From positions 15,369-79,368 of the forward strand of contig CAYRUR010000005.1 in assembly GCA_964427615.1 (NCBI GenBank): 64,000 bases of DNA. The letters run 5' to 3'. The translations under genes and the position numbers were made by a program. This stretch comes from an uncultured Gammaproteobacteria bacterium. Lineage in GTDB: Bacteria; Patescibacteriota; Microgenomatia; Levybacterales; GWA1-39-11. This document shows positions 19,099 to 28,788 of this stretch, piece by piece. Under the pieces are notes generated by a model. The model was not told where the DNA came from and ran no database searches. It was given only the letters and a program-made list of their open reading frames with translations. Position 1 is the stretch's first letter; each line of letters opens with the position of its first letter.

Positions 19099-20052
19099 AT
19101 GAGTAACATTATTATTACAGGCGGTGCAGGATTTATTGGGTCACATCTTTGTAAAAGATTATTATCTGAAGGTCATACCGTAGTGTGCGTTGATAATCTG
19201 TTGACTGGATCCAAAAAAAATATTGAAAATCTGCTTTCTGACAAGAATTTTTCTTTTCTCAATCACGATGTAACGCAGCCACTTCCTGATTCTTTGCAAG
19301 CTGATGCAATTTTTCATATGGCTTCTCCTGCTTCTCCAAATCATCATAGTAATATCAGTTACCATGCTCTTCCTATGGAAACCATGATGGTAAATACGCT
19401 TGGTACTTTGGAATTATTAAAATTTGCTCAAAAGAAGAATGCCAAATTTCTTTTTGCTTCTACCTCAGAAGTATATGGCGATCCTCAAGTACATCCGCAA
19501 CCTGAGGATTATAATGGGAATGTCTCCACCACCGGTCCTCGTTCTGTGTATGATGAAGCTAAACGATTTGGCGAAACGCTTGTCGCTCATTTTGTCCGAA
19601 ATGGTCTTGATGGACGTATTGTCCGCATTTTTAATACCTATGGGCCAAATATGCAAAAAGAGGATATGCGCATGATTGTACGTTTTATTATCCAATCATT
19701 ACACAATGAGCCTATCACTGTATTTGGAGATGGTACACAAACCCGTTCTTTATGCTTTGTGGATGACCTAATAGAAGGGTTGGTACGCTTGATGTTCTAT
19801 CCAAATACCAAAGGAGAAATTGTGAATTTGGGAAGCAGCAATGAACATACAGTACTAGAGTATGCTCAGATAGTTAAAAAATTGACCAATTCAGAAAGTG
19901 AGATTGTATTAAGTGAAGGACTTCCTCAGCATGATCCTCTGAAAAGAAGGCCTGATACCACAAAGGCTAAAAAACTGCTAGAATGGGAAGAGTCTACGCC
20001 TCTTGAGGAAGGATTACAGAAAACAATTGAGTATGTCAAAACAATAATATGA
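19099..20052 (+). CDS. uxs: UDP-glucuronate decarboxylase (UDP-xylose synthase)
   Basis: IIITGGAGFIGSHLCKRLLSEGHTVVCVDNLLTGSKKNIENL...NHDVTQPL is a UXS/ArnA-decarboxylase-type SDR. Lies downstream of ugd. Confidence 0.85.
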   Translation: MSNIIITGGAGFIGSHLCKRLLSEGHTVVCVDNLLTGSKKNIENLLSDKNFSFLNHDVTQPLPDSLQADAIFHMASPASPNHHSNISYHALPMETMMVNTLGTLELLKFAQKKNAKFLFASTSEVYGDPQVHPQPEDYNGNVSTTGPRSVYDEAKRFGETLVAHFVRNGLDGRIVRIFNTYGPNMQKEDMRMIVRFIIQSLHNEPITVFGDGTQTRSLCFVDDLIEGLVRLMFYPNTKGEIVNLGSSNEHTVLEYAQIVKKLTNSESEIVLSEGLPQHDPLKRRPDTTKAKKLLEWEESTPLEEGLQKTIEYVKTII

Positions 20053-21176
20053 AAGTCGTAGTTATTTCTCCTACTTATAATGAAAAAGTGAATATGGAAA
20101 GAATGATTCCGATATTGGAGGAAAAAGTGTTTCCAAAAATAAAAAATCATGACATGTTTTTGTTGGTTGCAGATGATAATTCTCCTGATGGGACAGCAGA
20201 TGTAGTGAAAAAATACAAAAAGCAATGGAAAAATATAGTCTTGCTAGAAGGAGAGAAAAAAGGATTGGGTGCAGCTTATGTAAAAGCAATGCGTTATGCT
20301 TCAAAAGAAATGAAAGCGGATGCGGTTATTGAATTTGATGCTGATTTTCAGCATGATCCTTATGATATTCCAAGATTGGTGGAGGCAATGGACAAGGGGT
20401 ATGATTATGTAATTGGTAGTCGGTATGTAAAAGGAGGCAAGATCCCAGCCGAGTGGGGAATTCATCGTAAATTTATGAGTTTTTTCGGTAGTTTATTTGC
20501 TCGTATTGTGTTATTTACTCCTTTTATTAATGACATGACCTCAGGATTTAAACTAACAAAAACAGCATTTTTGGATAGAGTGGATCTGGAAAATCTTTAC
20601 TCCAAATACTATGCGTACAAAATTCAGATTTTATACGAAGTAGTCAAAAAAGGAGCAAAAGTAAAAGAAGTACCTATTATCTTTTACGAAAGAAAAGAAG
20701 GATCTAGTAAGATAAGTCAAAAAGATTTATTTGATTCATTTTTAGTTGTTTTAAAGCTAAGAGTAAGAGACTCAAAAAAATTTGTCAAATTTCTGGTAGT
20801 TGGAGGGACAGGCTTTTTAATCAATACCGTTATTTATACTACACTTGCTCATCACACAGATATAAATTTGGTGCTTGCCAATACCATTGGTGCTGAGATG
20901 GCTATTTTTTCTAATTTTAACCTTAATAACGTCTGGACATTTGGTAAAAGGAAAGAGCATAAATTTAATGGTTATTTTAGAAAAATGGGTATGTTTTTTG
21001 CTACTTCAAATATTGGCGTGTGGTTATTTCAAAATGGTGCGATTGCTTTAGGAAGCGCATTATATGGAAGAACACACTACTTAATTTATTTTTTGATCGG
21101 GACTTCAATTTTACTTGTTTGGAATTTTACGATTTATAGCAAATTTATTTGGCGAGAGAAGGCTGCAATAATCTAA
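20049..21176 (+). CDS. polyprenyl-phosphate sugar synthase-like GT2 glycosyltransferase fused to a C-terminal GtrA-family membrane domain
   Basis: N-terminal GT-A (VISPTYNEKVNMERM...ADDNSPDGTADVV, DAD motif). C-terminal 4-TM GtrA signature (FLVVGGTGFLINTVIY; NFNLNNVWTF; WNFTIYSKFIW). Confidence 0.75.
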   Translation: MKVVVISPTYNEKVNMERMIPILEEKVFPKIKNHDMFLLVADDNSPDGTADVVKKYKKQWKNIVLLEGEKKGLGAAYVKAMRYASKEMKADAVIEFDADFQHDPYDIPRLVEAMDKGYDYVIGSRYVKGGKIPAEWGIHRKFMSFFGSLFARIVLFTPFINDMTSGFKLTKTAFLDRVDLENLYSKYYAYKIQILYEVVKKGAKVKEVPIIFYERKEGSSKISQKDLFDSFLVVLKLRVRDSKKFVKFLVVGGTGFLINTVIYTTLAHHTDINLVLANTIGAEMAIFSNFNLNNVWTFGKRKEHKFNGYFRKMGMFFATSNIGVWLFQNGAIALGSALYGRTHYLIYFLIGTSILLVWNFTIYSKFIWREKAAII

Positions 21177-21186
21177 AACCCTTCGT

Positions 21187-22761
21187 ATGCATACCGTATT
21201 ATCAGTAGTAAAAAAAAAGTACGAGATAATTCTCCTTGCTGTTATCCTCTTAGTTGCTTCTTTTTGGAGGCTTTACCGAATTGGTGATTATTTGACATTT
21301 TTGGGAGATGAGGGAAGAGATGTACTAGTTGTAAGAGGTATTCTACATGGAGACTTAACGCTTTTGGGACCCCGTGCTTCCGCTGGAGACTTTTTTACAG
21401 GCCCTATTTACTACTACATGATGACTCCTTTTTTGTGGTTATTTAACTATGATCCAGTTGGTCCGGCAGTAATGGTGGCATTACTGGGTATTGCAACTGT
21501 TTTCTTAGTTTATTACATCAGTAAAAAATTCTTTGGTACGAATGCAGGTTTGATAGCAGCTGCTTTATATGCCATTTCTCCTCTCATTGTGACTTATTCC
21601 CGTTCTTCTTGGAATCCAAATCCCATGCCGTTTTTTTCTCTTGTAATTATTTTACTACTGTACAAAGGGGTAAAGGAGGGTTCATGGAAAATAATGGGTA
21701 TAACAGGATTATTATTTGGAATTGCTTTTCAACTGCATTATATAGAACTCTTTTTTGCTGTATTTATGGCATTATTTTTCTTCATCGGATCGTATATTGT
21801 CGAGAAAAAAGGTCTTATAAAGCGGTTATTGGTACAGAGTATTGTGACAATGGGAGGTTTTTTAGTTGGGTTTTCTCCATTTTTAGCATTTGAAGTAAGG
21901 CATGGATTTCCTAATACAAGAACTATTTTTTCCTTTATTTTGTCCGGAACTTCCGATAATGAAAAAGCTCAGGTTGCGTCCTTTTTCCAAATAGTACCTG
22001 ATGTTTTTGTTAATTTTTTTGCCCGTACCTTACTTTATTTTCCGGGTGCTAATAATATGGCACATTTTCCTGAATGGCAGCTTACCGTATGGAAGGCAGC
22101 AGCAGTAGTAGTAGCTGTTGCCGGGATTATAGCTTTGTTTAAGACAAAAGATACATTAGTAAAACTATTGTTGTTTTTGTGGTTGGTAGTAGGTGTGGGG
22201 TTATTTGGCTTTTATAAAAAACCTATTTATGATTACTATTTTGCTTTTATGTTTCCATTACCATTTATATTAGTAGGCAATTTTTTTGCTCGGATTTTTG
22301 AAAATAAAACAGTTCCACTCATTATAAAAGCAGCGAGTATGGGTATTGTTTTGTTTTTGATTGGTTTAAATCTATCAGGATTTCCATTTCAACATGAACC
22401 GAATAAGCAAAAGGATCAAATGAAGCAGATTGCTGAGTTTGTGATGGACAAAGCTGGTGGAAAGCCATTTAACTTTGCCTTAATTACCGGAGGAAATTCT
22501 GATCATGCATATCGCTATTATTTTGAATTAAAGGATAGAACCCCGGTAACTATAGAGAACCCTGAAATAGATCCTGAAAGAAAAACGGTAACAGACCAGT
22601 TATTTGTGGTTTGTGAAAGTCTTCCTTGTGCACCCTTGGGTCATCCGTTATGGGAGATTGCTGGATTTGGTAGTGCAACTATCTCAGCCGAGTGGGATGT
22701 GTCAGTAGTAGAGATATACAAATTGACTCCCTATAAAAATGAAGGTGAAACTAATGAATAA
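21187..22761 (+). CDS. GT-C fold glycosyltransferase (ArnT/PMT-like, GT39/GT83-type), polyprenyl-phosphate-sugar dependent
   Basis: 524 aa, ~11 TMs. First extracytoplasmic loop has the DE motif (FLGDEGRDVLVVRG), as in ArnT and PMT families. Confidence 0.7.
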   Translation: MHTVLSVVKKKYEIILLAVILLVASFWRLYRIGDYLTFLGDEGRDVLVVRGILHGDLTLLGPRASAGDFFTGPIYYYMMTPFLWLFNYDPVGPAVMVALLGIATVFLVYYISKKFFGTNAGLIAAALYAISPLIVTYSRSSWNPNPMPFFSLVIILLLYKGVKEGSWKIMGITGLLFGIAFQLHYIELFFAVFMALFFFIGSYIVEKKGLIKRLLVQSIVTMGGFLVGFSPFLAFEVRHGFPNTRTIFSFILSGTSDNEKAQVASFFQIVPDVFVNFFARTLLYFPGANNMAHFPEWQLTVWKAAAVVVAVAGIIALFKTKDTLVKLLLFLWLVVGVGLFGFYKKPIYDYYFAFMFPLPFILVGNFFARIFENKTVPLIIKAASMGIVLFLIGLNLSGFPFQHEPNKQKDQMKQIAEFVMDKAGGKPFNFALITGGNSDHAYRYYFELKDRTPVTIENPEIDPERKTVTDQLFVVCESLPCAPLGHPLWEIAGFGSATISAEWDVSVVEIYKLTPYKNEGETNE

Positions 22762-23047
22762 AGAAAGCAAAGAGTTGATCGCGGAACAAGTAAATAATTG
22801 CGTTGAGTAGTAAGATAAATCCTGAAGCTACCAGCGTGTGTTTTATATCTTTTCTCACATAACGAATTGACTGTTCAACAGCAGCAGGGATAGAAGCGTT
22901 TGTAGAAACTTGCTCCACTTTTGGCACAACTTTTTTGGGAAGAGTATAGGTAGGGGTAACAAAGGGTTTTTCTTCTTGTGTCTTCTCAATTTCTCGTTTT
23001 AAGTCTGTGTGTATCTTTTGTTTCTTCGTTTTCTTCTTTTTACTCAT
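22751..23047 (-). CDS. hypothetical Lys-rich tail-anchored membrane protein
   Basis: 98 aa, K-rich N-terminus, C-terminal TM. Overlaps the 3' end of the GT-C gene by 11 bp. Could be spurious. Confidence 0.3.
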   Translation of the reverse strand: MSKKKKTKKQKIHTDLKREIEKTQEEKPFVTPTYTLPKKVVPKVEQVSTNASIPAAVEQSIRYVRKDIKHTLVASGFILLLNAIIYLFRDQLFAFFIH

Positions 23048-23103
23048 GTACCCAAAGTATCATATTGACAGTAACCAAGTCAAGAGAATACAATTATCAA
23101 TAT

Positions 23104-23577
23104 ATGAATCTGGATCCCCAATTTTTTCTATTAATTATCTCCTTAGTGTGGTCTTTGGTTCTTACTGTGTTGTTTGTAAAGTTCTATTTTTATTATTCCC
23201 GACTTACGAAAGAAGGAAAAAAAGAATCCCTGATTCAAGTTATTGATACAGTACTGGCAAAAGAAGATGTATTGGAGAAAAAAATAGACGAGTTAGTAAA
23301 GCAGTGTACTAAATTAGAAGAAGAAGGAAAGTTATATGTACAAAAAATTGGGTTGATCCGGTTTAATCCTTTTCAGGACACAGGAGGAGACCAAAGTTTT
23401 ATTTTAGCACTGGTTGATGCAAATGATACTGGCGTAGTTATTTCAAGTCTTCATACCAGAAGTGGTACACGCTGGTATGCCAAGAAAGTGACAGGCGGAA
23501 AAGGGATAGAGCATAATTTATCTGAAGAAGAAAAGAAAGCAATTAAAGAAGCTTTATCTTTGAAGAATACTGCATAA
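23104..23577 (+). CDS. DUF4446-like membrane protein
   Basis: Start at MNLDPQFF (ATG 23104). N-terminal TM, then LIRFNPFQDTGGDQSFILALVDANDTGVVISSLHTRSGTRWYAKKV. Confidence 0.55.
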   Translation: MNLDPQFFLLIISLVWSLVLTVLFVKFYFYYSRLTKEGKKESLIQVIDTVLAKEDVLEKKIDELVKQCTKLEEEGKLYVQKIGLIRFNPFQDTGGDQSFILALVDANDTGVVISSLHTRSGTRWYAKKVTGGKGIEHNLSEEEKKAIKEALSLKNTA

Positions 23578-23600
23578 TCATTTATAATAGGGAAGCGTTT

Positions 23601-24770
23601 ATGAAGAATAAAAATCTTTTTATAACTGGTATCGTTGTTTACTTGGTTAGTGCTTTGGTTGCTTATTTTCTGTTCTCTAACTTGTTTTCTTCCGGAACCC
23701 TCATGACTTCTCCTGTTCCTCCTCCCAAAGTCGGCAGTGATGGAAAACTTGTTTTTGATGATTCTTTACCTAAGACAGAAAGTTGTCCGCTAAATGGAGC
23801 TATGTATTCCAAACAACAGCGTCAATGGTGGGAACAGCACAGACCTTTAGGAGTAATGATTGAAAACCATGAAGAATCACGTCCACAGTCAGGTTTATCA
23901 GCCACTGATATTGTTTTTGAAACAGTAGCAGAAGGCGGTATCACTCGATTTTTGGCAGTATTTTATTGTCAGGACGCTCCTATTGTAGGACCAGTACGCT
24001 CTGCACGCACCTACTTTCTTGACTTTATCTCAGGGTTTGGCAGTAGTCCACTCTACGCTCACGTAGGAGGAGCGAATACGCCTGGTCCAGCTGATGCTTT
24101 GGGACAAATCGATTCCTATGGATGGGCAGGCTACAATGACATGAATCAATTCTCTATAGGTTTTCCGATTTTTTGGAGAGACTATGATAGACTAGGCAGA
24201 ACAGTTGCTACAGAACATACTATGTATTCGTCTACCTCTAAACTATGGGAGCTGGCAAAAAAAAGAGGTTTAACAGATACAGATAAAAAAGGTAATAAAT
24301 GGGATGAAGATTTTACTCCTTACACCTTTAAAGAGGATGCAGAAGCCTCAAAAAGACCTGCTTCTCAGATAATAAATCTTAGCTTCTGGAGCGGATATGG
24401 AGACTACGCGGTAAAATGGGAGTACAAAAAAGATACAAATAATTACGTACGTTCAAATGGTGGAGTGTCTCACACAGATAAAAATAATAATAGCCAGTTG
24501 TCTGCCAAGAATATTGTGATATTATACATGGAAGAAAGCAGAGCAAATGACGGGTATCCAGGAAATGTACACTTACTGTATGATACAAAAGGAAGTGGAG
24601 ATGCTGTAGTATTTATGGATGGGAAAAGAGTACGGGCAACCTGGTCAAAGCCAAAGAGGACTTCAAAATTGGTGATAAAGGATACAGCAGGAAAAGAGAT
24701 AGCCTTTAATAAGGGAAGAATTTGGTTTACAATTCTGGATACAGCAAATGATTCCTTAACTGTAAAATAA
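23601..24770 (+). CDS. DUF3048 (YerB-like) secreted/membrane-anchored protein
   Basis: RPQSGLSATDIVFETVAEGGITRFLAVFYCQ...VGPVRSARTYFLDF matches the DUF3048 N-terminal domain. 389 aa. Confidence 0.6.
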   Translation: MKNKNLFITGIVVYLVSALVAYFLFSNLFSSGTLMTSPVPPPKVGSDGKLVFDDSLPKTESCPLNGAMYSKQQRQWWEQHRPLGVMIENHEESRPQSGLSATDIVFETVAEGGITRFLAVFYCQDAPIVGPVRSARTYFLDFISGFGSSPLYAHVGGANTPGPADALGQIDSYGWAGYNDMNQFSIGFPIFWRDYDRLGRTVATEHTMYSSTSKLWELAKKRGLTDTDKKGNKWDEDFTPYTFKEDAEASKRPASQIINLSFWSGYGDYAVKWEYKKDTNNYVRSNGGVSHTDKNNNSQLSAKNIVILYMEESRANDGYPGNVHLLYDTKGSGDAVVFMDGKRVRATWSKPKRTSKLVIKDTAGKEIAFNKGRIWFTILDTANDSLTVK

Positions 24771-24818
24771 ACTTCTCTTGCTTGCCAAGAGGCAGGTGAG
24801 CATGGCAGGATAAGTTAT

Positions 24819-25397
24819 ATGTTAGAAGATCTTATTACATCAAAAACAAGAGTAAAAGTATTGTACACTTTTTTAGAAAATCCTTCTGAAATGTACCATG
24901 TTCGGGAGATAGTCAGAAGAGTGGATGAAGAAATCAATGCGGTAAGGCGTGAATTGATCTTCCTTGAAAAAAAAGGAGTTTTACAAAAAGAACCTCGGGC
25001 AAATAGAGTCTATTATTCCTTCGATAAAAGCTATCCTTTTTTACATGACTTACTACGAATTTACCTCAAATCAAAGGGATTAGCAGCTGATATCTTAAAA
25101 AACAAAGTTAAACTCGGTAAAATAAAATTTGCTATGTTAGCGGGAAAGTATGTGAGGGGATTTGAAAATGCAAAAGCTGAAGAAGTTGATTTATTAGTAG
25201 TTGGGAAAGTAGTGCTTCCCGAATTGGCGGTACTAGTCAGAAAAGAAGAAGCAAAAAGAGGAGTTGAAATTAATTACACGGTAATGCAGGAGGATGAGTT
25301 TGATTTTAGGAAAAAAAGACTTGATCCTTTTATTTCCTCCATTATTTATGGTCCTCGAATTATGGTCATGGGAGAGGAGACTGCGTTACTAGCGTAA
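24819..25397 (+). CDS. winged-helix DNA-binding domain fused to a minimal nucleotidyltransferase (Pol-beta superfamily)-like domain
   Basis: N-terminal wHTH (LYTFLENPSEMYHVREIVRRV). Central AGKYVRGFENAKAEEVDLLVVG resembles the GS-x9-13-D(I/V)DLLV MNT nucleotidyltransferase motif. Confidence 0.45.
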   Translation: MLEDLITSKTRVKVLYTFLENPSEMYHVREIVRRVDEEINAVRRELIFLEKKGVLQKEPRANRVYYSFDKSYPFLHDLLRIYLKSKGLAADILKNKVKLGKIKFAMLAGKYVRGFENAKAEEVDLLVVGKVVLPELAVLVRKEEAKRGVEINYTVMQEDEFDFRKKRLDPFISSIIYGPRIMVMGEETALLA

Positions 25398-25409
25398 GGA
25401 GGGATAGTT

Positions 25410-26777
25410 GTGAAAAAGCCTACTATTTTTGTTGGAATTATTTTTTTTGTTTCAATACTCTTATTTTTTGCTGTTTTACCACAGGGTCTAAAATTGCCAG
25501 GTTTTAAACTTCCTTTTTTGAATCAAGAGGTAAACCTTAATTTCTCACAAATTGATATTAACGCAGGGCCTTTACATATTCAAAAAAACTTTGATTACCG
25601 TTTGGGTTTGGATTTACAGGGTGGGACACGACTCACCTATGACGTAGACATGTCAGAGGTGGAATCAGATAAAAGAGATGCAGCTTTTGAGTCTGTCAGA
25701 AACGTAATTGAGCGGCGGGTTAATTTTTTTGGCGTAACAGAGCCTACTATCCAAACAGTAAAGGTATCTGATGATTATCGAGTGGTTGTGGAACTCCCAG
25801 GAACAACAAATGTAGAAGAAGCAATTAGTCTCATTGGAAAAACGGCACAGTTATCATTTTGGGAGTCAAATCCTGCAGCAACAGAAGCTGCTGAGCAAGC
25901 AACTCCTTCCTCCTTACTGGATTTCCAATTAGCTCAAGTGTTAGGCGCAAATCCTCAAAAAACAAAGTTAACAGGACGAGATCTAAAACAGGCACAAGTA
26001 ACGTTTAATCAACAGACAGGAGAGCCACAAGTATTGCTTACTTTCACTCCTGAAGGAACAAAGCTCTTTGCAGATATAACCAAAAGAAATGTTGGTAAGC
26101 CCGTGGCAATTGCACTTGATGAACAAGTAATTCAGGCACCAGTGGTGAATGAGCCAATCTTAAATGGAAGTGCGGTTATTTCAGGTGGGTATGATACTAC
26201 TGCTGCAAAAAATGTAGTAATTCAGTTAAATGCTGGAGCATTACCTGCTCCCTTACATATTATTGCACAAAGCACAGAAGGACCAAGTCTGGGGTTGGAA
26301 GCTTTGAAGAAAAGTGCTTTTGCTGGAGCGATAGGATTTATAACCATTCTTTTGTTTATGAGTTATTTGTATAAAAAAGAAGGGCTACTTGCTTCTGTGG
26401 CTTTGATTATTTATGTGTTAATCAATTTGTTTGTTTTTAAGTTTTTCTCTATTACTCTGACATTGGCAGGTATTGCCGGATTTATTCTTTCAGTAGGTAT
26501 GGCAGTGGATGCAAATATTTTGATATTTGAAAGAATGAAAGAGGAACTACGTGCTGGAAAATCCTTAGATGTAGCCAGAAAAATCGGGTTTAAACGAGCT
26601 TGGACTTCTATCAGGGATTCAAATGTTACCAGTATTATTGTCTCTTTGATTTTATTTTACTTTGGTACCGGTATTGTGAGAGGCTTTGCTATTGTGCTAT
26701 TAATTGGTATTGTAGTCTCTATGTTCTCAGCCATTGTGGTAACGCGTAATTTGTTGGCAGTATTTGATAATAAATAG
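25410..26777 (+). CDS. secD: protein translocase subunit SecD
   Basis: LGLDLQGGTRLTYDV; large periplasmic domain plus 6 C-terminal TMs. Confidence 0.9.
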   Translation: MKKPTIFVGIIFFVSILLFFAVLPQGLKLPGFKLPFLNQEVNLNFSQIDINAGPLHIQKNFDYRLGLDLQGGTRLTYDVDMSEVESDKRDAAFESVRNVIERRVNFFGVTEPTIQTVKVSDDYRVVVELPGTTNVEEAISLIGKTAQLSFWESNPAATEAAEQATPSSLLDFQLAQVLGANPQKTKLTGRDLKQAQVTFNQQTGEPQVLLTFTPEGTKLFADITKRNVGKPVAIALDEQVIQAPVVNEPILNGSAVISGGYDTTAAKNVVIQLNAGALPAPLHIIAQSTEGPSLGLEALKKSAFAGAIGFITILLFMSYLYKKEGLLASVALIIYVLINLFVFKFFSITLTLAGIAGFILSVGMAVDANILIFERMKEELRAGKSLDVARKIGFKRAWTSIRDSNVTSIIVSLILFYFGTGIVRGFAIVLLIGIVVSMFSAIVVTRNLLAVFDNK

Positions 26778-27681
26778 TATGGATATTATTGGTAAAAAAA
26801 CAATTTATTTTCTTATCTCAGGAATACTGACTGTAGTAAGTATCATCTCTCTTGTGTTTTTTGGACTTAATTTAGCTATTGAGTTCACAGGCGGTTCACG
26901 ACTGGCATTAGATCATAAAAGTAATACCAAAATAACGCAAGAAAAGGTAGAGCAAATAGCTCAAAAGTACAACGCGAGTGTTTATAAAATAAGAGAGGTA
27001 GATGCAGATACAGTACTTATCAGAACTACTCCTATAGATCAGAAGACAAAAAACAACATAGTTGCTGACCTTAAAAAATCATATCCTGAAGTTGCCGAAG
27101 CAAGTTTTGAAACAGTAGGTCCAACAATTGGAGAGGAAACAGAAAGAAATGCTCTAAAAGCCATTCTTATCGCATCTTTGGCAATTCTTGTATATATTGC
27201 GTTTGTATTCAGACAAGTATCTCGCCCTGTTGCTTCTTGGAAATTCGGGGTAGCAGCAATTATTGCGTTATTACATGACGTGGTCGTAATAGTTGGAGTG
27301 TTCTCTTTGTTAGGTAAATTTTTGGATGTTGAAATAGACCCTCTTTTTATTACTGCTGTGTTAACTATCATGGGTTTTTCAGTCCATGATACTATTGTGG
27401 TTTTTGATAGAATCAGAGAAAACATTAAAAAAACAACAGGAGTACCATTTGATAGAGTGGTAAATAACGCCGTAATTGAGACACTATCAAGGTCTCTTAA
27501 TACCTCTTTAACCGTTTTGTTTGTTCTTTTGGCCTTAATTCTTTTTGGAGGAGAAAGTATTAAATGGTTTGTAGTTGCCTTGTTTATTGGTGTAGCTGTT
27601 GGAACATATTCTTCCATTTTTACTGCTTCTCCTCTTTTAGTTTTGTGGCACGAGTGGGATAAAAGAAAAGGAAAGAAATAA
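26764..27681 (+). CDS. secF: protein translocase subunit SecF
   Basis: IEFTGGSRLAL motif, 305 aa, adjacent to and overlapping secD. Confidence 0.9.
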   Translation: MIINSMDIIGKKTIYFLISGILTVVSIISLVFFGLNLAIEFTGGSRLALDHKSNTKITQEKVEQIAQKYNASVYKIREVDADTVLIRTTPIDQKTKNNIVADLKKSYPEVAEASFETVGPTIGEETERNALKAILIASLAILVYIAFVFRQVSRPVASWKFGVAAIIALLHDVVVIVGVFSLLGKFLDVEIDPLFITAVLTIMGFSVHDTIVVFDRIRENIKKTTGVPFDRVVNNAVIETLSRSLNTSLTVLFVLLALILFGGESIKWFVVALFIGVAVGTYSSIFTASPLLVLWHEWDKRKGKK

Positions 27682-27750
27682 TTAATTTCTTTTGATCTCG
27701 AAATTGCTGCAAAAGAAGAAGTAACGGAGAGATCTTTATGAGAAAAATAA

Positions 27751-28311
27751 CTAATAGAGTTGCTTTTTTATTTCTTCTTTATACCACTGAGCAAATTCTT
27801 CCCAAATAGTGTATGTTTCTACAGATGTGACGTTGGTCTCCAGTTTTTTTGCTATGGATTGTCTATCGGAAGAAAGGGTAGTGACAGTTGTTGCAGCAAG
27901 CCCTTTACCTTGTACTTCATGTAATACTTCTCCTTTGTGTTGGATGGAAAAAGTTTTTAAATTGTGACCATCTATATAGCATATGACTTCTGTTAATATA
28001 GCTTCTCTATTTTCTTTCCCTTGCATAAGATGTAAAAAGTCCTCTGGTGTAAACCATTCATTCATATATTTCATATATGCACCAGGGAAGCCATTTAAAG
28101 CAGTAAATGACCATCCATGATCATTTACAAAAAGTGGTTTTTGTAAAATACCAAAAGCATGCTTTGCTTTGTGTATTGCTATTTGTTCTATATCATGGGA
28201 CTGTATTTCTTCAAGTTCTAAAGCCTGAGGAGTAATGGATATGCCTAAGGGTGAAAGGTATCTTTGGGCAATAGCGATTTTATTTTTATTGCCAGTAACG
28301 TAGTAGAGCAT
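27751..28311 (-). CDS. rdgB: non-canonical purine NTP pyrophosphatase (Ham1/RdgB ITPase)
   Basis: MLYYVTGNKNKIAIAQ...FVNDHGWSFTALNGFPGAY matches the Ham1 family. Confidence 0.8.
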   Translation of the reverse strand: MLYYVTGNKNKIAIAQRYLSPLGISITPQALELEEIQSHDIEQIAIHKAKHAFGILQKPLFVNDHGWSFTALNGFPGAYMKYMNEWFTPEDFLHLMQGKENREAILTEVICYIDGHNLKTFSIQHKGEVLHEVQGKGLAATTVTTLSSDRQSIAKKLETNVTSVETYTIWEEFAQWYKEEIKKQLY

Positions 28312-28320
28312 ATCAGGAAA

Positions 28321-28788
28321 TTAGGATGAGAGTTTTTCTCTGACGAGTGCACTTACAAGGCTGTTATCTGCTTTACCTTTTATTTGTGGCATAAGCGCTC
28401 CCATAACTTTTCCCATGTCTTTGAGTTCTGAGGCACCCGTCTTGGTAATTGCATCATCGATAAGGTCTTTAATTGCATCTTCTGAGAGCTGCTCTGGGAG
28501 GAAAGATTGTAAAATTTCTACTTCTTTTTCTTCTTTTTCAGCCATTTCTTCTCTGCCTGCATTTTTATACATCTCAATTGATTCTTTTCTTTTTTTTATT
28601 TCTTTTCCAGCTACCTCAATAATATCCTCATCAGTTGCCTCATACCCTGCTCCTCCTTTTTGGATTTCATAGTATTGCAGCGCACTTTTCAACATTCGCA
28701 GTACAGAAAGTCTGAATTCGTCTTTTGCAAGCATAGCTTGTTTTAATTCTTGTTGAATTTTTTCTTTTAACATAGTTCTATTATACAA
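28321..28788 (-). CDS. GatB/YqeY domain protein
   Basis: 155 aa. LRMLKSALQYYEIQKG...ALMPQIKGKADNSLVSALVREKL is YqeY-like. Confidence 0.8.
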   Translation of the reverse strand: MYNRTMLKEKIQQELKQAMLAKDEFRLSVLRMLKSALQYYEIQKGGAGYEATDEDIIEVAGKEIKKRKESIEMYKNAGREEMAEKEEKEVEILQSFLPEQLSEDAIKDLIDDAITKTGASELKDMGKVMGALMPQIKGKADNSLVSALVREKLSS

